This document shows positions 13,195 through 24,369 of a stretch of DNA of 64,000 bases, piece after piece. Position 1 is the stretch's first letter, and every line of letters starts with the position of its first letter. This stretch comes from Octopus bimaculoides (Eukaryota). The position numbers were made by a program, and so were the translations under genes. The notes beneath the pieces are model-generated. The model had not been told where the DNA came from, did no database searches, and worked only from the letters and a program-made list of their open reading frames with translations. The stretch spans positions 29,113,629 to 29,177,628 of the forward strand of contig NC_069003.1 in the NCBI RefSeq assembly GCF_001194135.2. Reading direction: 5' to 3'.

Positions 13195-13390
13195 ATTTGG
13201 GCACAATGCCCAGTGCTATGGATAACATGGAGCCCAGATCTTTACTGGTACATTAATTTTTCAACCCCGGTGAGATGAAATGTAGAATTGGCCTCGACAG
13301 TATTTTAGGTTAGAATGTAAAAATCAGGAAATAAAGCCTAAGACCAATTTTTTCCGAAGCTAAAACGGTTCGGCCAGTTCGCTGCCTTAG
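13195..13390 (-). mobile_element. SINE family B
   Basis: tttgggcacaatgccc...caaccccggtgagatgaaatg...cggttcggccagttcgctgcc. Confidence 0.75.
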
Positions 13391-13419
13391 AAATAATGAT
13401 AATGATAATAATAATGGAT

Positions 13420-13608
13420 CAAATTAGGGGAGCAATTTTTTGAGGGGGTAGGGATGAATCGATTACACCGATCCCAGTGTCCAACGGTTTCTTATTTTTT
13501 CGACAGTGAATGGATGAATGGTAAACTTGAACTCAGAATGGAGCAGTAGACGAAATACCGTTAAGCATTTCGCCCGGCGTGCTCTACGATTCTGCCAGCT
13601 CACTCCCT
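13420..13608 (-). mobile_element. SINE family B
   Basis: gaatcgattacaccgatcccagtg...ttgaactcagaatg...ttaagcatttcgcccggcgtgctctacgattctgccagctc. Confidence 0.88.
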
Positions 13609-13620
13609 TAATAATAATAA

Positions 13621-14323
13621 AGAACGGCAGGTCCCCATTATGTCGTATATGCCAACAACAAAATGAGACCCTCGATCATGTTGTCTCCATGTGCAATTTG
13701 CTTGCGCCTACAGAGTATCTCAACAGGCATGATAGAGCTGCACAATATATTCACTGGGTAATTTGCAAAAACCTGGACTTGCCCCATAATAAAAACTGGT
13801 GGGAACACAAGCCACCCCCAGTACTTGAAAATGATCGCATCNNNNNNNNNNNNNNNNNNNNNNNNNNNNNNNNNNNNNNNNNNNNNNNNNNNNNNNNNNN
13901 NNNNNNNNNNNNNNNNNNNNNNNNNNNNNNNNNNNNNNNNNNNNNNNNNNNNNNNNNNNNNNNNNNNNNNNNNNNNNNNNNNNNNNNNNNNNNNNNNNNN
14001 NNNNNNNNNNNNNNNNNNNNNNNNNNNNNNNNNNNNNNNNNNNNNNNNNNNNNNNNNNNNNNNNNNNNNNNNNNNNNNNNNNNNNNNNNNNNNNNNNNNN
14101 NNNNNNNNNNNNNNNNNNNNNNNNNNNNNNNNNNNNNNNNNNNNNNNNNNNNNNNNNNNNNNNNNNNNNNNNNNNNNNNNNNNNNNNNNNNNNNNNNNNN
14201 NNNNNNNNNNNNNNNNNNNNNNNNNNNNNNNNNNNNNNNNNNNNNNTAACTAGTTGTCTCTTGAGGTCTCTGGCTGAGACTCGGATCCAACTTGTACAAA
14301 TGCAAAACAAAAGTCAAACATAA

Positions 14324-14330
<7 letters not shown>
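13621..14330 (+). mobile_element. 5'-truncated RLE-type LINE (same family as 5690-6136), interrupted by gap 13842-14246
   Basis: Translates as KNGRSPLCRICQQQNETLDHVVSMCNLLAPTEYLNRHDRAAQYIHWVICKNLDLPHNKNWWEHKPPPVLENDRI (CCHC zinc knuckle plus RHD motif). The post-gap 3' UTR matches copy 1. (AAT)n lies on both sides. Confidence 0.92.
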
Positions 14331-14384
<54 letters not shown>

Positions 14385-14984
14385 GGTGATGTTGTTATAA
14401 GTAGTGTTTCATTCCCACTGACCAAAAACGAAAAAAATGTCTTCAGATTCCTTTGTCATACTGTCGAGACAATACAGAAACTTTTCCTTAAACATGGGTC
14501 TCAGATTCTTCAGTCGTTGTATGCAAAACTAATTGCAAATAATAGATTCCAGTAAATTGTTGCTATAGAAATATGCGTAATTATTCTATTTCAGGAATGC
14601 TTTACGATTCGTATCGATTATATATTACAGAGAATAATTTCTACCTGCTGTGTTTCCTGAAAATATATTTAAGATATATTCTGCAGGATAACAATTCTGT
14701 TTTACTTACAATGGCATATATAAAGTCATTGTTGACAATCTCTTACACAAATCACTTATTTATCAAACATTCTATTAGTTTATAATGTCATCTGTTTATA
14801 TGTTTTAGATTTTGCTATAACAGCTGGTGTTTCACTGGGAGGATATTAACATCAGGATATTAATACCCTGATATTGATATAAAGATGAAGATATCGTCTT
14901 AGCTCACAGGAAGTTTTTGTTCTGCTAATTACATCCGATTGCAAACGCTCCGAATAATACAGTTTAATATATCTTTTATCATCT

Positions 14985-15110
14985 ATTATTTACATGTTTG
15001 AGTCACTGAACTGTGTCATGCTGGGAGACCACCATAAAAGTTTTTAGTCGACTGCACCCAACCGAGTACCTCTTTCTGTAGCTAAGTACTTATTCTATCG
15101 TACCTGATGA
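14985..15110 (-). mobile_element. SINE family C 3' fragment
   Basis: catgtttgagtcactgaactgtgtcatgctgggagacc...tagtcgact...gctaagtacttattctatcg. Confidence 0.65.
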
Positions 15111-15769
15111 CAAAGGAATGACCAATTATCTTACCAATTTCATTAGCTTACATCTGTTTTCACTAGAATTTGCGTTGGACTCTAGTTAAATGCTTGACCA
15201 ACAACTTACGGTTTCGTCAGTGCCTCAAACATGAAGCTTCTTTCATCTTATATTGGAAACAGCTGTAAGGTAATGAAGTTCATAATTTATCAGTCATTCT
15301 TTTGTCATCGTTTTTCCTTTATTACCATTTTGTACTCAACTAACGCTTCGTTCAGAAGCATACATATATTGAGTTCTACACCTAAAAATTAATATCGTAA
15401 TGCGTAAGCGAAATATATGCATACATAATACATGCATACACACATACATAATATATATATATATATATATANNNNNNNNNNNNNNNNNNNNNNNNNNNNN
15501 NNNNNNNNNNNNNNNNNNNNNNNNNNNNNNNNNNNNNNNNNNNNNNNNNNNNNNNNNNNNNNNNNNNNNNNNNNNNNNNNNNNNNNNNNNNNNNNNNNNN
15601 NNNNNNNNNNNNNNNNNNNNNNNNNNNNNNNNNNNNNNNNNNNNNNNNNNNNNNNNNNNNNNNNNNNNNNNNNNNNNTATATAAATATACATATATATAT
15701 ATACACACATATAGATACACGTATATATATATACATATATATACTTACATGTATATATAAACATGCGTG

Positions 15770-15880
15770 CATGTTTATATCACAGACCTTTTCTCAGCCC
15801 GCTAAGGTGCGTGCCACGCAGTGGGGCAGAACTCGGAACAACGTGGTTGGGAAACAAACTTTTACCCTACAACCACACCT
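15770..15880 (-). mobile_element. SINE family C 5' fragment
   Basis: gctaaggtgcgtgccacgcagtggggcagaactcggaacaacgtggttgggaaacaaac...caaccacacct. Confidence 0.75.
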
Positions 15881-17879
15881 TCACCGATGTGTAGATCATA
15901 AAAGAACATTTTAAAACGTGATTGGTGTGAAGCCAATATAGAATGCTGACCGGTTTTATTTCACTTCAGGTTTGTAATCAGTTAATATGAGAATTATCGA
16001 ATGAATAAAATCAATTGTTAATTTGCTCTATCGAAATCTTCTGTCACAGCTTGTGACATTTCCGATGATATTGTTACTACGTGGAAATCCCCCATTCGAA
16101 CATAATGTCTAGCTCCACACACTGTGATATTTTACAGCATTGAATATAATATTACTGTATTATTTCACAACTTTCATTCACTAAATTGATGACTGTTTAA
16201 TGACCGTCACTTATCTTAATGATGTGAGTCTGTCGAAACAGTAATTAACAACTTTTTCACACCAGTAAGCATTAAAATAAACACATATGCACACACACAC
16301 ACACACAAACATAACCATACACACATGCGCACACACATAAACATAATCACACACACAAACATACACACACACATTTACGGGCACACATGTTGATGCAATA
16401 TGGACGAATGTTGAAGTAGATCGTTTCGAAAACATGAGGTCTTTGGTTCGCTTACACATCATGACATCTCGAACCTTAACTTGCGAATGAAATCGTTAGA
16501 CGAAAACTTAGCGTCGGGGAGACTGTAGCTGTAATTGAAGCAGTCTTGTTACGCTGGTTTTAGATTCATAGTTAAGCAAAAGGGGTCCTTTATCCATGGA
16601 ATACTCAACCGCATACACATTATTAGTGGCAGTGTGGGAAATTTATTCAATTCGTAACACAACTGTATCCCAACCATCAAACGATGGAAACCCAAAACCA
16701 AAACAAACACCCACACATACGCACGCGCACTTGCACACGAACTCGCACACGCGCTCACATACGCACATGCGGACAGCGATCCGAAGCACCATTTCATCCA
16801 TTGTATCGAACTCAAATCCGCTCGTTTCTACGCCGAATAGATTCATGATAGTTTGAAGATGCTGTGTTTAAATTATTCAACACAATGTGTATGGCAGATG
16901 ATGTTCTCATGATTACTCTGAAATATTTTCAAGCAGTCACCCAAGTTATTTTGTAGCCCTGAAGGTATACTATAGTGAGCGAGATTATTCCACTCAACAT
17001 ACGTTGTTTCCAAAATATTGCTACTTCAGAGAGAAATCTATTTTATTACTCTCTAAAACCGATGTACCAGATGCATGATTATAAACAACTTGTAATTCAC
17101 AATTGATCTTAAGACTTAGTCAGTTCGCTGATTACTTCCGTACACACATTTGAAAATATATACAAGCATTAACTGAAAGAAATGATTAGCTTCGGGCTGT
17201 AAAAGTTTAGGGAAAAGGGTAAAAAAAAAAAAGGAAAAGAAGTATGTACACGTTTAAACCTCATCAAGCATGAACACTGAAGCTGCAGAATTGACATTTA
17301 TATGAAATGTGAATACAACCACTTTTGAATCCGGTGCAAAATAATATACGAAGAACATTCCAAATAACATTGTAAATTAATAAACATATGTACGAAAATA
17401 AACCCGGATAAACATTTTTGTATGTTTCTATATATGTTTTCATCCTTGCTGTAAACATTGAGCACAGAAGCATGATATAAATTGATAAAGAAGTTAAGGT
17501 CGTTCAGAGAAAAATATTTCTTCTCATATATCCTCTCAGATATTTGTGTATGTTTTACATTTATAAGATTGAGATATGCCATATTCAGGTATGCAAATAA
17601 ATATGAAGTAAAATAATATAACACCCGTATACCAAAAAACCTTTTTCTCCTCTTTTCAGTGGTGAACAGGGGAGAGTTATCAATGTAATTGATTCATCTG
17701 TGTGAAATATTAGCCGAATCTATTCCAAATAACACTCAACCGCTTCTAAAAACAAGCATGTATTAGGTAATGTAGTTTAAAATACAAGACTCGCAAATAT
17801 GTCGGGTAGCTCACGGTTACACGATTCCTTTGAGTATAAAGATGTTAAACCCTAGCGAATCTAGAATTAAACTACACTT

Positions 17880-18170
17880 ATAAGTGCATGGTTCCGAGTT
17901 CGATTCCTGCACCGAGCTGTGTGTTGTGTTCTTGAGCAAGGCACTTTATTTTCACATTGCTCCAGTTGATTCAGCTATAGAAATGAATTGCAACGTCACT
18001 GGTACCAAGCTGTACCGGCCTTTGCCTTTCCCTTGGATAAAATCAGTGGAGCGGAGAGCGGAAGCTGGTATGCATGGGCGACTGCTGGTATTCCACAAAT
18101 GAAAGTTGTCCCGACTTATGCCCCGGGGGGTAACATTCTACACTTTAGTAACACTTCCCAGATTCTTCAA
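17880..18170 (+). mobile_element. tRNA-derived SINE family H
   Basis: B box GAGTTCGATTCC, central TGTGTTCTTGAGCAAGGCACTTTATTTTCACATTGCTCCAG. The 3' half matches the reverse complement of 33432-33600. Confidence 0.8.
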
Positions 18171-19121
18171 GTAACATACATGCATTCATAAATACAGAGT
18201 TACACAAACATGCATGCATATATAGCATATATATTTGTGTGTGTGCACCGGCGCAAGGATGTGTGTGTTTGCATGAATTTGTATTTTACCGTGATTCTAT
18301 TTCGTTTTTACTCCCTAACACCGAAGCTAGGAATAATTCTAATGCGGTGATACTTGTTTATCGAGCGATATTTTATCGAAAGTTACGTTATTCCGAAACG
18401 AAACCGTTACCAACCGGGTACCAGAGATGTATATACGCTAAGAGACATGCGTCAGGGTGCGAGCATATACAAGCACGTGCACATACTCTCAAGCTCGAAG
18501 AAAGAATGGACACATCAAGGATTTTTTTTTCCATTTTACATATATAAATTATACTCGTGTATGCCATAAAGTATTATTGAGTAAAGAGAGTGAGGAAGTA
18601 AGTACAAATCTTAAGAAGGAGATAGTGAGTAAGAGAGAAACAAGATAAATGATACAAATCGAAAAGCTCTACACTAATTCACCCTGTTCATATTTTCGAG
18701 TGATGATCAATAGAATACTTATTAAAAACTAATATTTTATACGTCGCAACTTATCTACATTAAGAGAATGACGGTTCCGCAACTTGTTGTTGAAGTAGCA
18801 GACTTGAACTGCTTATAATGATGCAGGATTGCTGCTGTATATTAGCTGACTTCCTCCGTCTAATTAACATTGCCTGTTTAGGTGCACTTTGTACCACAAG
18901 TGATCGCAGAGCAATGTGAAATGAAGTGTTTTAATCATCGATGATTAATGAATGTGCACTCTCAAACATACAAACACATATATAGGCAGTCACGCTGGTG
19001 TACACACAGAATAAGGCACGCACTTACGCACGTACATACAGAGACACACATTCTTCGTTTACTCTCACACTTCCCTTCATTTGTAAGTGAGTAGAAATCT
19101 ATATACTAATACAAGCATATA

Positions 19122-19270
19122 TACGTAGTCTGACCAATAAGTATCCGGACTGTTGCCGTAGTAACGAAACTAAAGCATACAGAGTAAGTCCGCTTGGCAC
19201 AGATTAACCTTGAGTTCAAACTGACATTGCCTGAGCAGGTTCACACTGCACCACAGCTTAGATAGAGAGG
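19122..19270 (+). mobile_element. mariner-like left terminus fragment
   Basis: TA followed by CGTAGTCTGACCAATAAGTATCCGGACTG resembles mariner TIR starts. No matching right end was found. Confidence 0.45.
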
Positions 19271-19284
19271 TCGTTGTAGAGCAA

Positions 19285-19400
19285 CGAAAAAAATAAAGCA
19301 TTTTGTTCGAGAGCGCAATGTACCACCCGGTCCGGTAATCGAAACTACGATCTTGCGATCGTCGTTACAACATTCTAACTAATAAGCTACAAGCCGTCAC
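19285..19400 (-). mobile_element. tRNA-derived SINE head fragment
   Basis: Reverse complement contains TAGCTTATTAGTTAG...GTAGTTTCGATTACCGGACCGG...AAAATGCTTTATTT. Confidence 0.6.
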
Positions 19401-19690
19401 AAATTAAACTAATACTTCGGCATGTTTTCTACTAAGCATTACAAAAAGCAATGCCAAATTCCTGCACCGACCAACCTGCCTTACTTTTTCAGCATTGCAT
19501 ATCAATATCTAAGTTATCCAACCAAACCTTTCTTTTTCTGTAACGCCAGGATGTAGTAACCATAGATTGAAGTGGCAGCTATTTCTAGCAGTTGAGCTAT
19601 CGCTTTGAGCATGATTATTGTGTTTTGTTACAACGTTACAGAATCCGTGGGTGTGAACGATCGAACAGAAATAGGCCTTGTCTCCTCTGT

Positions 19691-19744
19691 CCGGAAATAA
19701 TCAGCAATGACGTCCGTCTGGATTAATTTCCAGACTGACGTCAT
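19691..19744. promoter_or_regulatory. ETS site plus paired CRE sites arranged as an inverted repeat
   Basis: CCGGAAAT at 19691, TGACGTCC at 19708 and a perfect TGACGTCA at 19736, in a CpG-rich non-repetitive patch. Confidence 0.4.
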
Positions 19745-19989
19745 CGGCGCAGATACAGGAGGAACGACCGTGCATTCAATCGACCTGTGAAAAATAACAG
19801 ACGTAAAATATATGGAGACACAACCGTGAGTTTACCACTTGAGAGAAGAGCCGTATTGTGATGGAGGGTTGATTGTCGCCAGAAAATAAATACGTAAATT
19901 TTAAGCGAGACTGGAATTGGTAAGTGATTTGGTAAATCGAGTTTAATTAATGACGAAACAAATATACCCTTTAAATAAACTATCAAATG

Positions 19990-20255
19990 ACACACACGCG
20001 CGCACACACACACGCGCTCACACACACACGCACAGACGCACACGCACATACACACACATATACTCACAAAAACACACACACACACAAACACGCACACACA
20101 CATACACACACATATACTCACAAAAACATACACACACACAAACACGCACACACACATACACACACATATACTCACAAAAACACACACACACACGCACAGA
20201 CGCACACGCACATACACACACATATACTCACAAACACACACACACACACACACAT
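19990..20255. repeat. CA-rich compound microsatellite with ~54-bp higher-order unit (x4)
   Basis: The motif tatactcacaaa recurs at 20059, 20113, 20167 and 20223. Confidence 0.85.
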
Positions 20256-20462
20256 ACATCAGTGTCTGTGTTTGCGTTTATCTCACCACCTTCGCTTGAC
20301 AACTGATGTTGGTGTGTTTACGTTCCTGTTATTAGCGGTTGGACAAAAGACACCAGTAGAATAAGTACTACACTTACAAAACTAAATCCTAGGGGCGATT
20401 TGTTCGACTAAACAATCCTTTTCGGCGTTTCTCCTGTCACACGACTGAAACAAGTAAAAGAA
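20256..20462 (+). mobile_element. SINE family C 3' half
   Basis: gtgtctgtgtttgcg...cgcttgacaactgatgttggtgtgtttacg...agaataagtactac...gatttgttcgactaa...actgaaacaagtaaaagaat. Confidence 0.85.
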
Positions 20463-20487
20463 TATATATATATATATATATATATAT

Positions 20488-20931
20488 AAACAATATATGA
20501 GTATATGCATATATACGTTCATCTACATGTACATATAGATACATAACTGGATACATGACGTGGCAAAAGAACAAGGACAAAATGGTAAACAAAGTGCAAC
20601 AAACAAGCAGGCCACATAGAAACATCCCCTTCATCAGCTGCCACCATTAAAACTCCGGCGTTTCGAAGAATTAAGGCAGTACGCATCGTTAAAATGGTTC
20701 TTCCCACGAACACAAATTAAATTGTTTTCGTGGAGGGTAGTGGCGGACGGAAAACAAAACAGGAAAACGAAACGGTGAAATAAACAAACAAAAAGGCTGT
20801 ACAGGGAAGAATGAGAGGGGGAGATAGAAATAGAGAGAGTCGCGTTAGAAAAATAGTTACAACTTACTGTATAAAGGTTAACGCGTGCGTTCTGTCGTGA
20901 TACAAACAATATATGAGTATATGCATATATA
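20488..20931 (-). mobile_element. short non-autonomous element (E) bounded by 28-bp direct repeats, with hammerhead-like motif
   Basis: Identical AAACAATATATGAGTATATGCATATATA at 20488-20515 and 20904-20931. The minus strand carries CGAAACG...CTGATGAAGGGGA. Confidence 0.7.
20624..20671 (-). ncRNA. hammerhead-like ribozyme fold, permuted (type II topology)
   Basis: 5'-AUUCUUC GAAA C GCCGGA GUU UUAAUGGUGGCAG CUGAUGA A GGGGAU. The core is intact; stem II has 5 bp with two G-U pairs; stems I and III are short. Confidence 0.5.
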
Positions 20932-20948
20932 TGTACATATATATATAG

Positions 20949-21015
<67 letters not shown>

Positions 21016-22634
21016 TGCAAATTACCTCCTGCGCAAAGCTCGGGCAATGGTAAAGACAAGATAAGGAGAAGAGTCTGTGACTTATTCAAAGGACAACAAT
21101 AAAGTTGTCCTTTGCCTTAAAGCTTCAGGTTCTCGCCTTTCTGAAGCTGCTCTTAACTGTCATTTGGTAATTATGAGACATTTTGAACTGGAGCTAATTC
21201 TAATATACTAAATATTTATGTGGCATGGTTTTTTATATATAATTATGGAGCAATATATACGTAATAAATATGTCTGTCTATCTATTCATCTACCTGTGTC
21301 TCTGCCTATACATGTCACAAGTATATATGCGCATGCCTAGTCATGCAGCTATATGCATGAGAGCACAAACATAAAAAGAAAAACAAACAAATCGGCACGT
21401 GCCCTGACTCCAAATACTGCACATATACACAAATGATTGCATAAATACCTTATTGATGTTGCTAAAATTCCAATGAAGGAGCTTTGGATCTAGATTACAA
21501 ACCAGCTCTTTCTCAATAGGCAAGACATCTTCAAATTAAGTTTGCATATATCTGTATATATTTTCGTTTAATAACCATTGAAAAGAAACCGAATGATTAG
21601 TCAAACATTTTTGACTATATAAGTTCTGGTGTCGATTTAACAGTGCATATTCTATGGAAACGTCTGTTGAAAGATAGATGTTCAATGTAGTTGATCTACA
21701 ACCTTCGATGAAAAGGGCAAAAGCGGCAGAGGTCAAAGGATTCTCTGAAGAGCAATAATTCACTTGAAATGGTATATGATGTGCTAGACGAAATACCGCT
21801 TTGTAGATGAATATTTATTTGATTGTCGCAATTTGAGCATAATAAATTATTTATTCAAAATTTGAACCAGACAGCTTTCATATCTATTTATCTAAAGAGA
21901 TAAAAAAAAAAATAATCGACAAACAAATGCGTCTGTTATACGATTGTCCAACACATACAATTATACCAAATAGCCATTTTGGTAAGAAGACTGACAAAGC
22001 AAGACTAAATGAGTTTATTAGAAAGGAAAAGATAATATTTTTTTTGTTTTCAAATTGTTGCTTACAAGAGTATCACTTCACTGGACAGATGAAGAAAACG
22101 TCAGTGTTTTGTATATAAGCCTTGGGGAAGGAAGCTTAATTCAAAAACCGACACTTTCGACTGTTCCACGATTAATGCACGCATATACACACACACAAAC
22201 GCACACATATACAATTATATATACATGTATACACGTATATATACATATATATATATATTAATAATAATAAAGGAGTTACGACGCAAAAACGTATAAATTC
22301 AAAAGAACATATTTATCTTCTTCAATATATATTTCAGTATAAAGAATTCATTAAGATGCTTAAATCAAAATTTCTTTACACATCATTCAGGAACAGATAT
22401 AACATCAGAAAAAATACATTCCGTTTAAAAACACAAACCGTTCATGGCGAAAAAATTTCACAATTACAAAAAACGAACAAAATTTTTAAAGTTCTAGCAA
22501 AAAAGAACGTTATTACCTACATACAGGCAAACATATACACAGGCAAACATACACACACACACAAAAANNNNNNNNNNATATATATATAAGTTCTGGTGTC
22601 GATTTATATATATATATATATATATACACAAATA

Positions 22635-22706
22635 TAGTGTACATTTAAACACATAAGAGAGATGTCCTATTATGGACATCTCTCTTATGTGTTTAAATGC
22701 ACACTG
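22635..22706. mobile_element. 72-bp palindromic Tc1/mariner-type mini-MITE (MADE1-like architecture)
   Basis: 33-bp TIRs (22635-22667 / 22674-22706), 6-bp spacer TATTAT, TA on both sides. The right end reads TA-CAGTGTGCATTT on the minus strand. Confidence 0.8.
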
Positions 22707-22824
22707 TATGTATTTATGTATTTATATGAATAATATATAGTCTTTTGACTATTTTTTTCTTCTCGTTAGACCGCTGGTAGCAAAAGGGATTTCTAAATTT
22801 TTTTGCTAAGCTGAGATTTATTAA

Positions 22825-22860
<36 letters not shown>

Positions 22861-24369
22861 GTCCCACTTTTCAATATCATACCTCGTATAAATGTATTTT
22901 CCGAATACTATTTGCTATTTATTCTTACGCAATCATATAATGTCGTATACACATTTACATCTATCGACACACTACTTAACGTCTTCAGTTTCTACCCTCC
23001 CCCCTCTCACGCACACTCACAGTCATTCATCCTCAGTTTGTTTGTTTTTTTTTTGTTGTTTTTCTTTTGTTCCTATTTACAAAGAGTTGTTTGGATTACG
23101 CTCTAAACACTTACAGAATGAAGTTAACCACGAAATAAAAACAAAATCCACTGAAACTATTAAACGACGAAAACCACAAAGCTACTAATGTTCGTACTGA
23201 TGTATCAAACACTATTATGGTTTTATTGAAAAAAAAAATGTATTTCGAAGCCAATATTTCGAAGTAGATTGCTTCAAGCTATTTGTATAATATATATGAG
23301 GCTTAATATAATTCAGAAACAGGTTGCTTGCAACACAACCGAGTGTTATTGGAAACAATACAAGAATCAAATCCTGTTTAATGAAATTTCTTAAAGAAAT
23401 ATAAAGTCTTTTGTACATATATTTGATACGCTGCTGTTTGTCGTTGTTGTTGCTGCTGTTGTTGTTGATGGTTTTGCTTCTGCTACTGTTGTTCTTGTTG
23501 ATAATGATGATTATGATGATGGTGTTGCTCTTGTTGTTTAGTTTCATCAGAACGCTGAATAGGAAAATTTTTGATCAAAGGCTCTCAAGCTATAACTATG
23601 CCGTCATTTCTATCTCCAGACGAAATATATCAAAGACTGCATAAAACAAAGCTTTATTCCTCTTTTATATATTTTCGTTGGCAAGATACTTGCTTTTTGT
23701 GCATGTACGCGCGTGTGCGTGGCTGTGTATGGTCGTGTGCTGGAATTGTTCATAATTACATCTATATATTTGTAAGGATTTCTATATAACTTGCTTTCAT
23801 TCTAATCCTACCCTATCCGTACCTACATATAGTCACGTACGTGCACGTTCGCGGATGCGTAAATATGTGTATTGCGTATTGTGTATTGATATGTGGTTTG
23901 TATTGAAGTTGTACATATTTACATGTATTTATTTGTATGGATTTCCATGTTGTCAGCTGTGATTCTAACTATAACCTTTATATATCTGCCTATACCATGT
24001 AGACATGCTCACACTTACGGACACACCCAAACGTCTACATTGCGTGTGCAGTTACAATGAAGTATATATAGGTGGATAGAGCAGCACCAAATGTTCCAGC
24101 TTCCTCAAAGGGACACCCGGAGCGGACCGTCTCATTCGTTGCCCGCAAGCTGCGTTACTGTGTAGATTGCAGCTCCTTCCGTTAGCCGCCTCCCTAACAT
24201 CCGGATCCTTACGTTCATACACTCTTATACAGCAGACTCAAAATGGCGATCTCTATAAGAAAGCCAGATGAGTCAGACCGCTCCAAGTTGCCTCTACACA
24301 CCAGCTATGCTATTGTATTGAAGTGCAGGACTTTTCCTCCGCTAGCTAAGCCATTATATATGTATATAT

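Noticed and set aside
16500-16860. CpG-containing stretches with several 40-80 codon open frames
   Set aside because: No recognisable motif, no convincing splice-site pair, and the frames run through a CA microsatellite.
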